Positions 14,501 to 26,700 of a stretch of DNA of 64,000 nucleotides are shown in pieces. Position 1 is the stretch's first letter, and the number at the start of each line of letters is the position of its first letter. Location: the NCBI GenBank assembly GCA_964016885.1, contig OZ024744.1:92814001-92878000 (forward strand). The letters run 5' to 3'. The stretch is from Eledone cirrhosa. Taxonomy: Eukaryota. Position numbers and translations under genes: made by a program. The notes below the pieces were generated by a model. It ran no database searches and was not told where the DNA came from. It saw nothing but the letters and a program-made list of their open reading frames with translations.

Positions 14501-17500
14501 CTTGGTATAACCCATTTGGTATCAGTCTCTTGATATCAACCCCTTGGTAGCAGCCTCTTGGTATCAACCTCTTGGTATCAGTCTCTTGATATCAACCCCT
14601 TGGTATCAGCCTATTGGTATCAGTCTATTGGTATCAGTCTCTTGTTATCAGTCTCTTGGTATCGACCTCTTGATATCGACATCTTGGTATCAACCTCTTG
14701 GTAGCAGCCTCTTGGTATCAGGTTCTTGTTATCAGTCTATTGGTATCAGGCTGTTGGTATAACCCATTTGGTATCAGTCTCTTGATATCAACCTCTTGGT
14801 AGCAGCTTCTTGGTATCAACCTCTTGGTAACAGTCTCTTGGTATCAACCTCTTGGTATCAGCCTCTTGGTATCAGTCTCTTGGTATCAGTCTCTTGGTAT
14901 CAACCTCTTGGTATCAGTCTCTTGGTATCAACATCTTGGTATCAGCCTCTTGGTATCTACCTCTTGGTATCAACATCTTGGTATCAACCCCTTGGTATCA
15001 GTCTCTTGGTATCAGTCTCTTGGTATCAGTCTCTAGGTATCAGTCTCTTGGTATCTGTTTCTTGGTATCAGTCTCTTGGTATCAACCTCTTGGTATGAGT
15101 CTCTTGGTATCAGTCTCTTGGTATCAGTCTCTTGGTATCAGTCTCTTCGTGTCAGTCTCTTGGTATCGACCTCTTGGTATCAGCCTCTTTGTATCAACCT
15201 CTTGGTATCAACATCTTGGTATCAACCCCTTGGTATCAGTCTCTTGGTATCAGTCTCTTGGTATCAGTCTCTTGGTATCAGTCTCTTGGTATCAGTCTCT
15301 TGGTATCAGTCTCTTGGTATCAGCCTCTTGGTATCAACCTCTTGGTATCAGTCTCTTGGTATCAGTCTCTTGGTATCTGTCTCTTGGTATCAGTCTCTTG
15401 GTATCAGTCTCTTGGTATCAACATTTGGTATCAGCTACATGGTACCAACCTCTTGGTATCAGCTTCTCGGTATCAACATCTTGGTATCAGCCTCTTGGTA
15501 TCAGCCACATGGTATCAACCTCTTGGTATCAGTCTATTGGTATCAGTCTCTTGGTATCAACCTCTTGGTATAAGTCTCTTGGCATCAACCTCTTGGTGTC
15601 AGTCTCTTGGTATCAACCTCTTGGTATCAACCTCTTGGTATCAACCTCTTGGTATCTAGCTCTTGTTATCCGCCACTTGGTATCAGCCTCATGGTACTAG
15701 ACTCTTGGTATCAGCCTCTTGGTATCAGCCTCTTGGTCGCAGCCTCTTGGTATCAGCCTCTTGGTATCAGCCTCTGGGTATCAGTCTATTGGTATCAACC
15801 TATTGGTATCAGCCTCTTGGTATCAAGCTCTTGGTATCAGTATATTGGTATGAACCTATTGGTATCAGCCTCTTAGTATCAACCTCTTGGTATCAGCCTC
15901 TTGGTATCAGCCTCTTGGTATCAACCTCTTGGTAGCAGCCTCTTGGTATCAGTCTATTGGTATCAATCTCTTGGTATCAGTCTATTGGTATCAACCTCTT
16001 GGTATCAGCCTCTTGGTATCAGTCTCTTGGTATCAATCTCTTGGTATCAGCCTCTTGGTATCAGTCCCTTGTTATCAGTCTCTTGATATCAACCTCTTGG
16101 TATCAGTCTCTTGGTATCGACCTCTTGGTATCAACCTCTTGGTATCAACCTCTTGGTATCAACCTCTTGGTATCAGCGTCTTGGTATCAACCTCTTGGTA
16201 TCAACCTCTTGGTATCAGCGTCTTGGTATCAACCTCTTGGTATCAACCTCTTGGTATCAGTCTCTTGGTATCAGTCTCTTGGTATCAACCTCTTGGTATC
16301 AGCCTCTTGATATCAACCTCTTGGTATCAACCTCATGGTACTAGCCTCTTGATACCAGCCTCTTGATATCTACCTCTTGGTATCAACCTCTTGGTATCAG
16401 CCTCTTAATATCAACCTCTTGGTATCAACCTCATGGTACTAGCCTCTTGATACCAGCCTCTTGATATCTACCTCTTGGTATCAGCCTCTTGGTATCAGTC
16501 TATTGGTATCAGTCTCTTGGAATCAGTCTCTTGGTATCAACCTCTTGGTATCAACCTCTTGGTATCAGTCTCTTGGTATCAGTCTCTTGGTATCAGTCTC
16601 TTGGTGTGAGTCTCTTGGTATCGACCTCTTGGTATCAGCCTCTTGGTATCAGTCTCTTGGTATCAGTCTCTTGGTATCAGTCTCTTGGTATCAGTCTCTT
16701 GGTATCAACCTCTTGGTATCAGTCTCTTGGTATCAGTCTCTTGGTATCAACCTCTTGGTATGAGTCTCTTGCTATCAGTCTCTTGGTATCAGTCTCTTGG
16801 TATCAGTCTCTTGGTGTCAGTCTCTTGGTATCGACCTCTTGGTATCAGCCTCTTGGTATCAGTCTCTTGGTATCATTCTCTTGGTATCAAGCTCTTGTTA
16901 TCAGACTTTTGGTATCAGCCACTTGGTATCAACCTCTTGTTATCAACGTCTTGGTATCAGTCTCTTGGTATCAGTCTCTTGGTATCAACCTCTTGGTATC
17001 AGTCTCTTGGTATCAACATCTTGGTATCAACCTCTTGGTATCAACCTCTTAGTATCAACCTCTTGGTATCAAGCTCTTGGTATCAGCCACTTGCTATCAA
17101 TCTATTGGTATCAACCTATTGGTATCAGCCTCTTGGTATCAACCTCTTGGTATCAGCCTCATGGTACTAGATTTTGGTATCAGCCTCTTGGTATCAGCCT
17201 CTTGGTCGCAGCCTCTTTGTATCAGCCTCTTGGTATCAGCCTCTGGGTATCAGTCTATTGGTATCAACCTCTTGGTATCAGCCTCTTGGTATCAACCTCT
17301 TGGTAGCAGCCTCTTGGTATCAGTATATTGGTATCAACCTATTGGTATCAGTCTCTTGGTATCTACCTCTTGGTATCAGCCTCTTGGTATCAGCCTCTTG
17401 GTATCAACCTCTTGGTAGCAGCCTCTTGGTATCAGTCTATTTGTATCAATCTCTTGGTATCAGTCTATTGGTATCAACCTCTTGGTATCAGCCTCTTGAT

Positions 17501-20500
17501 ATCAGTCTCTTGGTATCAATCTCTTGGTATCAGCCTCTTGGTATCAGTCTCTTGGTATCAGTCTCTTGATATCAACCTCTTGGTATCAGTCTCTTGGTAT
17601 CGACCTCTTGGTATCAACCTCTTGGTATAAACCTCTTGGTATCAACCTCTTGGTATCAGCCTCTTGGTATCAACCTCTTGGTATCAACCTCTTGGTATCA
17701 GTCTCTTGGTATCAGTCTCTTGGTATCAACCTCTTGGTATCAGCCTCTTGATATCAACCTGTTGGTATCAACCTCATGGTACTAGCCTCTTGGTACCAGC
17801 CTCTTGATATCTACCTCTTGGTATCAGCCTCTTGGTATCAGTCTCTTGGTATCAACCATTTGGTATCAACCTCTTGGTAGCAGCCTCTTGGTATCAGGTT
17901 CTTGTTATCAGTCTATTGGTATCAGGCTGTTGGTATAACCCATTTGGTATCAGTCTCTTGATATCAACCTCTTGGTAGCAGCTTCTTGGTATCAACCTCT
18001 TGGTATCAGTCTCTTGGTATCAGTCTCTTGGTATCAGTCTATTGGTATCAGTCTCTTGGAATCAGTCTCTTGGTATCAACCTCTTGGTATCAACCTCTTG
18101 GTATCAGTCTCTTGGTATCAGTCTCTTGGTATCAGTCTCTTGGTGTCAGTCTCTTGGTATCGACCTCTTGGTATCAGCCTCTTGGTATCAACCTCTTGGT
18201 ATCAGTCTCTTGGTATCAGTCTCTTGGTATCAGTCTCTTGGTATCAGCCTCTTGGTATCAGTCTATTGGTATCAGTCTCTTGGTATCAGTCTCTTGGTAT
18301 CAGTCTCTTGGTATCAGTCTCTTGGTATCAGTCTCTTGGTATCAGTCTCTTGGTATCACCTCTTGGTATCAGTCTCTTGGTATCAGTCTCTTGGTATCAA
18401 CCTCTTGGTATGAGTCTCTTGCTATCAGTCTCTTGGTATCAGTCTCTTGGTATCAGTCTCTTGGTGTCAGTCTCTTGGTATAGACCTCTTGGTATCAGCC
18501 TCTTGGTATCAGTCTCTTGGTATCAGTCTCTTGGTATCAAGCTCTTGGTATCAGACTTTTGGTATCAGCCACTTGGTATCAACCTCTTGTTATCAACCTC
18601 TTGATATCAGTCTCTTGGTATCAGTCTCTTGGTATCTACCTCTTGGTATCAGTCTCTTGGTATCAACATCTTGGTATCAACCTCTTGGTATCAACCTCTT
18701 AGTATCAACCTCTTGGTATCAAGCTCTTGGTATCAGCCACTTGGTATCAGTCTATTGGTATCAACCTATCGGTATCAGCCTCTTGGTATCAACCTCTTGG
18801 TATCAGCCTCATGGTACTAGACTATTGGTATCAGCCTCTTGGTATCAGCCTCTTGGTCGCAGCCTCTTTGTATCAGCCTCTTGGTATCAGCCTCTGGGTA
18901 TCAGTCTATTGGTATCAACCTCTTGGTATCAGCCTCTTGGTATCAACCTCTTGGTATCAGCCTCTTGGTATCAACCTATTGGTATCAGCCTCTTGGTATC
19001 TACATCTTGGTATCAGCCTCTTGGTATCAGTCTATTGGTATCAACCTCTTGGTATCAGCCTCTTGGTATCAGTCTCTTGGTATCAATCTCTTGGTATCAG
19101 CCTCTTGGTATCAGTCTCTTGGTATCAGTCTCTTGATATCAACCTCTTGGTATCAGTCTCTTGGTATCGACCTCTTGGTATCAACCTCTTGGTATAAACC
19201 TCTTGGTATCAACCTCTTGGTATCAGCCTCTTGGTATCAACCTCTTGGTATCAACCTCTTGGTATCAGTCTCTTGGTATCAGTCTCTTGGTATCAACCTC
19301 TTGGTAACAGCCTCTTGATATCAACCTGTTGGTATCAACCTCATGGTACTAGCCTCTTGGTACCAGCCTCTTGATATCTACCTCTTGGTATCAGCCTCTT
19401 GGTATCAGTCTCTTGGTATCAGTCTCTTGGTATCAACCATTTGGTATCAACCTCTTGGTATCAGTCACTTGGTATCAGTCTATTGGTATCAGTCTATTGG
19501 TATCAGGCTCTTGGTATAACCCATTTGGTATCAGTCTCTTGATATCAACCCCTTGGTAGCAGCCTCTTGGTATCAACCTCTTGGTATCAGTCTCTTGATA
19601 TCAACCCCTTGGTATCAGCCTATTGGTATCAGTCTATTGGTATCAGTCTCTTGTTATCAGTCTCTTGGTATCGACCTCTTGATATCGACATCTTGGTATC
19701 AACCTCTTGGTAGCAGCCTCTTGGTATCAGGTTCTTGTTATCAGTCTATTGGTATCAGGCTGTTGGTATAACCCATTTGGTATCAGTCTCTTGATATCAA
19801 CCCCTTGGTAGCAGCTTCTTGGTATCAACCTCTTGGTAACAGTCTCTTGGTATCAACCTCTTGGTATCAGCCTCTTGGTATCAGTCTCTTGGTATCAGTC
19901 TCTTGGTATCAACCTCTTGGTATCAGTCTCTTGGTATCAACATCTTGGTATCAGCCTCTTGGTATCTACCTCTTGGTATCAACATCTTGGTATCAACCCC
20001 TTGGTATCAGTCTCTTGGTATCAGTCTCTTGGTATCAGTCTCTAGGTATCAGTCTCTTGGTATCTGTTTCTTGGTATCAGTCTCTTGGTATCAACCTCTT
20101 GGTATGAGTCTCTTGGTATCAGTCTCTTGGTATCAGTCTCTTGGTATCAGTCTCTTCGTGTCAGTCTCTTGGTATCGACCTCTTGGTATCAGCCTCTTTG
20201 TATCAACCTCTTGGTATCAACATCTTGGTATCAACCCCTTGGTATCAGTCTCTTGGTATCAGTCTCTTGGTATCAGTCTCTTGGTATCAGTCTCTTGGTA
20301 TCAGTCTCTTGGTATCAGTCTCTTGGTATCAGCCTCTTGGTATCAACCTCTTGGTATCAGTCTCTTGGTATCGACCTCTTGGTATCAACCTCTTGGTATC
20401 AGTCTCTTGGTATCAGTCTCTTGGTATCTGTCTCTTGGTATCAGTCTCTTGGTATCAGTCTCTTGGTATCAACATTTGGTATCAGCTACATGGTACCAAC

Positions 20501-23420
20501 CTCTTGGTATCAGCTGCTCGGTATCAACATCTTGGTATCAGCCTCTTGGTATCAGCCACATGGTATCAACCTCTTGGTATCAGTCTATTGGTATCAGTCT
20601 CTTGGTATCAACCTCTTGGTATAAGTCTCTTGGCATCAACCTCTTGGTGTCAGTCTCTTGGTATCAACCTCTTGGTATCAACCTCTTGGTATCAACCTCT
20701 TGGTATCTAGCTCTTGTTATCCGCCACTTGGTATCAGCCTCATGGTACTAGACTCTTGGTATCAGCCTCTTGGTATCAGCCTCTTGGTCGCAGCCTCTTG
20801 GTATCAGCCTCTTGGTATCAGCCTCTGGGTATCAGTCTATTGGTATCAACCTATTGGTATCAGCCTCTTGGTATCAAGCTCTTGGTATCAGTATATTGGT
20901 ATGAACCTATTGGTATCAGCCTCTTAGTATCAACCTCTTGGTATCAGCCTCTTGGTATCAGCCTCTTGGTATCAACCTCTTGGTAGCAGCCTCTTGGTAT
21001 CAGTCTATTGGTATCAATCTCTTGGTATCAGTCTATTGGTATCAACCTCTTGGTATCAGCCTCTTGGTATCAGTCTCTTGGTATCAATCTCTTGGTATCA
21101 GCCTCTTGGTATCAGTCTCTTGGTATCAGTCTCTTGATATCAACCTCTTGGTATCAGTCTCTTGGTATCGACCTCTTGGTATCAACCTCTTGGTATAAAC
21201 CTCTTGGTATCAACCTCTTGGTATCAGCCTCTTGGTATCAACCTCTTGGTATCAACCTCTTGGTATCAGTCTCTTGGTATCAGTCTCTTGGTATCAACCT
21301 CTTGGTATCAGCCTCTTGATATCAACCTGTTGGTATCAACCTCATGGTACTAGCCTCTTGGTACCAGCCTCTTGATATCTACCTCTTGGTATCAGCCTCT
21401 TGGTATCAGTCTCTTGGTATCAGTCTCTTGGTATCAACCATTTGGTATCAACCTCTTGGTATCAGTCACTTGGTATCAGTCTATTGGTATCAGTCTATTG
21501 GTATCAGGCTCTTGGTATAACCCATTTGGTATCAGTCTCTTGATATCAACCCCTTGGTAGCAGCCTCTTGGTATCAACCTCTTGGTATCAGTCTCTTGAT
21601 ATCAACCCCTTGGTATCAGCCTATTGGTATCAGTCTATTGGTATCAGTCTCTTGTTATCAGTCTCTTGGTATCGACCTCTTGATATCGACATCTTCGTAT
21701 CAACCTCTTGGTAGCAGCCTCTTGGTATCAGGTTCTTGTTATCAGTCTATTGGTATCAGGCTGTTGGTATAACCCATTTGGTATCAGTCTCTTGATATCA
21801 ACCCCTTGGTAGCAGCTTCTTGGTATCAACCTCTTGGTAACAGTCTCTTGGTATCAACCTCTTGGTATCAGCCTCTTGGTATCAGTCTCTTGGTATCAGT
21901 CTCTTGGTATCAACCTCTTGGTATCAGTCTCTTGGTATCAACATCTTGGTATCAGCCTCTTGGTATCTACCTCTTGGTATCAACATCTTGGTATCAACCC
22001 CTTGGTATCAGTCTCTTGGTATCAGTCTCTTGGTATCAGTCTCTAGGTATCAGTCTCTTGGTATCTGTTTCTTGGTATCAGTCTCTTGGTATCAACCTCT
22101 TGGTATGAGTCTCTTGGTATCAGTCTCTTGGTATCAGTCTCTTGGTATCAGTCTCTTCGTGTCAGTCTCTTGGTATCGACCTCTTGGTATCAGCCTCTTT
22201 GTATCAACCTCTTGGTATCAACATCTTGGTATCAACCCCTTGGTATCAGTCTCTTGGTATCAGTCTCTTGGTATCAGTCTCTTGGTATCAGTCTCTTGGT
22301 ATCAGTCTCTTGGTATCAGTCTCTTGGTATCAGCCTCTTGGTATCAACCTCTTGGTATCAGTCTCTTGGTATCGACCTCTTGGTATCAACCTCTTGGTAT
22401 CAGTCTCTTGGTATCAGTCTCTTGGTATCTGTCTCTTGGTATCAGTCTCTTGGTATCAGTCTCTTGGTATCAACATTTGGTATCAGCTACATGGTACCAA
22501 CCTCTTGGTATCAGCTGCTCGGTATCAACATCTTGGTATCAGCCTCTTGGTATCAGCCACATGGTATCAACCTCTTGGTATCAGTCTATTGGTATCAGTC
22601 TCTTGGTATCAACCTCTTGGTATAAGTCTCTTGGCATCAACCTCTTGGTGTCAGTCTCTTGGTATCAACCTCTTGGTATCAACCTCTTGGTATCAACCTC
22701 TTGGTATCTAGCTCTTGTTATCCGCCACTTGGTATCAGCCTCATGGTACTAGACTCTTGGTATCAGCCTCTTGGTATCAGCCTCTTGGTCGCAGCCTCTT
22801 GGTATCAGCCTCTTGGTATCAGCCTCTGGGTATCAGTCTATTGGTATCAACCTATTGGTATCAGCCTCTTGGTATCAAGCTCTTGGTATCAGTATATTGG
22901 TATGAACCTATTGGTATCAGCCTCTTAGTATCAACCTCTTGGTATCAGCCTCTTGGTATCAGCCTCTTGGTATCAACCTCTTGGTAGCAGCCTCTTGGTA
23001 TCAGTCTATTGGTATCAATCTCTTGGTATCAGTCTATTGGTATCAACCTCTTGGTATCAGCCTCTTGGTATCAGTCTCTTGGTATCAATCTCTTGGTATC
23101 AGCCTCTTGGTATCAGTCCCTTGTTATCAGTCTCTTGATATCAACCTCTTGGTATCAGTCTCTTGGTATCGACCTCTTGGTATCAACCTCTTGGTATCAA
23201 CCTCTTGGTATCAACCTCTTGGTATCAGCGTCTTGGTATCAACCTCTTGGTATCAACCTCTTGGTATCAGCGTCTTGGTATCAACCTCTTGGTATCAACC
23301 TCTTGGTATCAGTCTCTTGGTATCAGTCTCTTGGTATCAACCTCTTGGTATCAGCCTCTTGATATCAACCTCTTGGTATCAACCTCATGGTACTAGCCTC
23401 TTGATACCAGCCTCTTGATA
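11600..23420. repeat. ~5.0-kb higher-order duplication (~11.6-16.4 kb vs ~16.5-23.4 kb); the second copy is expanded by an internal 2001-bp duplication
   Basis: The deletion allele ctagattttgg occurs at ~12161 and ~17171 (offset 5010). Translations at 14362 and 19371 are identical (offset 5009). The 159-aa translations at 15887 and 22939 are identical. Confidence 0.85.
19019..23117. repeat. Near-perfect tandem duplication, period 2001 bp (143 monomers minus 1 nt)
   Basis: ORF pairs 19371/21372, 19861/21862, 20141/22142 and 20714/22715 have identical translations at offset 2001. The private variant cagctgctcgg occurs in both copies. I saw only two mismatches (ggtaacag at ~19305, atcttcgt at ~21695). 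Confidence 0.93.
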
Positions 23421-23739
23421 TCTACCTCTTGGTATCAGCCTCTTGGTATCAGTCTATTGGTATCAGTCTCTTGGAATCAGTCTCTTGGTATCAACCTCTT
23501 GGTATCAACCTCTTGGTATCAGTCTCTTGGTATCAGTCTCTTGGTATCAGTCTCTTGGTGTGAGTCTCTTGGTATCGACCTCTTGGTATCAGCCTCTTGG
23601 TATCAGTCTCTTGGTATCAGTCTCTTGGTATCAGTCTCTTGGTATCAGTCTCTTGGTATCAGCCTCTTGGTATCAGTCTATTGGTATCAGTCTCTTGGTA
23701 TCAGTCTCTTGGTATCAGTCTCTTGGTATCAGTCTCTTG

Positions 23740-26700
23740 GTATCAGTCTCTTGGTATAAACGTTTTGGTATCTGTCTCTTGGTATCAACCTCTTTATATC
23801 AGCCTCTTCGTATCTACCTCTTGGTATCAGCCTCTTGGTAGCAGCCTCTTGGTATCAGTCTCTTGGTATCAGTGTCTTGGTATCAGTCTCTTGATATCAA
23901 CCTCTTGGTATCAACCTCTTGGTATCAACCTCTTGGTATCAAGCTCTTGGTATCCGCCACTTGGTATCAGTCTATTGGTATCAACCTACTGGTATCAGCC
24001 TCTTGGTATCAACCTCTTGGTATCAGCCTCATGGTACTAGACTCTTGGTATCAGCCTCTTGGTATCAGCCTCTTGGTCGCAGCCTCTTTGTATCAGCCTC
24101 TTGGTATCAGCCTCTGGGTATCAGTCTATTGGTATCAACCTCTTGGTATAAGTCTATTGGTATCAGTCTCTTGGTATCAAATTCTTGGTATAAGTCTCTT
24201 GGCATCAACCTCTTGGTATCAGTCTCTTGATATCAACCTCTTGGTATCAATCTCTTGGGATCAACCTCTTGGTATCAAGCTCTTGGTATCAGCCACTTGG
24301 TATCAGTCTATTGGTATCAACCTATTGGTATCAGCCTCTTGGTATAAACCTCTTGGTATCAGCCTCATGGTACTAGACTCTTGGTATCAGCCTCTTGGTA
24401 TCAGTCACTTGGTATCAGTCTCTTGGTATAAACCTCTTGGTATCAGTCTCTTGGTATCAGTCTCTTGGTATCAGTCTCTTGGTATCAGTCTCTTGGTATC
24501 AGTCTATTGGTATCAGTCTCTTGGTATCAACCTCTTGGTATCAACCTCTTGGTATCAACCTCTTGGTATCAGTCTCTTGGTATCAGTCTCTTGGTATCAG
24601 TCTCTTGGTGTCAGTCTCTTGGTATCGACCTCTTGGTATCAGCCTCTTGGTATCAACCTCTTGGTATCAGTCTCTTGTTATCAGTCTCTTGGTATCAGTC
24701 TCTTGGTATCAGCCTCTTGGTATCAGTCTCTTGGTATCAATCTCTTGGTATCAGTCTCTTGGTATCAGTCTCTTGGTATCAGTGTCTTGGTATCAACCTC
24801 TTGGTATCAGTCTCTTGGTATCAGTCTCTTGGTATCAACCTCTTGGAATGAGTCTCTTGGTATCAGTCTCTTGGTATCAGTCTCTTGGTATCAGTCTCTT
24901 GGTGTCAGTCTCATGGTATCGACCTCTTGGTATCAGCCTCTTGGTATCAGTCTCTTGGTATCAGTCTCTTGGTATCAAGCTCTTGGTATCAGACTTTTGG
25001 TATCAGCCACTTGGTATCAACCTCTTGGTATCAACCTCTTGGTATCAGTCTCTTGGTATCAGTCTCTTGGTATCAACATCTTGGTATCAGTCTCTAGATA
25101 TCAGTCTCTTGGTATGAGTCTCTTGGTATCAGTCTCTTGGTATCAGTCTCTTGGTATCAGTCTCTTGGTGTCAGTCTCTTCGTATCGACCTCTTGGTATC
25201 AGCCTCTTGGTATCAACCTCTTGGTATCAGTCTCTTGGTATCAGTCTCTTGGTATCAGTCTCTTGGTATCAGTCTCTTGGTATCAGTCTCTTGGTATCAG
25301 TCTCTTGGTATCAGTCTCTTGGTATCAGCCTCTTGGTATCAGTCTCTTGGTATCAGTCTCTTGGTATCAGTCTCTTGGTATCAGTCTTTTGGTATCAACC
25401 TCTGGGTATCAGTCTCTCGGTATCAGTCTCTTGGTATCAGCCTCTTGGTATCAGTCTCTTGGTATCAGTCCATTGGTATCAGTCTCTTGGTATCAGTCTC
25501 TTGGTATCAACATCTTGGTATCAACCTCTTGGTATCAGTCTCTTGGTATCAACCTCTTGGTATCAGTCTCTTGGTATCAGTCTCTTGGTATCAGTCTCTT
25601 GGTATCAGTCTCTTGGTATCAGTCTCTTGGTATCAGTCTCTTGGTATCAGCCTCTTGGTATCAGCCTCTTGGTATCAACCTCTTCGTATCAGTCTCTTGG
25701 TATCGACCTCTTGGTATCAACCTCTTGGTATCTGTCTCTTGATATCAGTCTCTTGGTATCAACCATTTGGTATCAGCTACACGGTACCAACCTCTTGGTA
25801 TCAGCTTCTCGGTATCAACATCTTGGTATCAGCCTCTTGGTATCAGCCACATGGTATCACCCTCTTGGTATCAGTCTATTGGTATCAGTCTCTTGGTATC
25901 AACCTCTTGGTATAAGTCTCTTGGCATCAACCTCTTGGTATCAGTCTCTTGATATCAACCTCTTGGTATCAACCTCTTGGTATCAACCTCTTGGTATCAA
26001 GCTCTTGGTATCCGCCACTTGGTATCAGTCTATTGGTATCAACCTATTGGTATCAGCCTCTTGGTATCAACCTCTTGGTATCAGCCTCATGGTATTAGAC
26101 TCTTGGTATCAGCCTCTTGGTATCAGCCTCTTGGTCGCATCCTCTTGGTATCAGCCTCTTGGTATCAGCCTCTGGGTATCAGTCTATTGGTATCAACCTA
26201 TTGGTATCAGCCTCTTGGTATCAACCTCTTGGTATCAGTCTACTGGTATCAGTCTCTTGGTATCAAATTCTTGGTATAAGTCTCTTGGCATCAAACTCTT
26301 GGTATCAGTCTCTTGATATCAACCTCTTGGTATCAACCACTTGGTATCAACCTCTTGGTATCAAGCTCTTGGTATCAGCCACTTGGTATCAGTCTATTGG
26401 TATCAACCTATTGGTATCAGCCTCTTGGTATCAACCTCTTGGTATCAAGCTCTTGGTATCAGCCACTTGGTGTCAGTCTCTTGGTATCGACCTCTTGGTA
26501 TCAGCCTCTTGGTATCAGTCTCTTGGTATCAGTCTCTTGGTATCAAGCTCTTGGTATCAGACTTTTGGTATCAGCCACTTGGTATCAACCTCTTGGTATC
26601 AACCTCTTGGTATCAGCCTCTTGGTATCAACCTATTGGTATCAGCCTCTTGGTATCTACATCTTGGTATCAGCCTCTTGGTATCAGTCTATTGTATCAAC

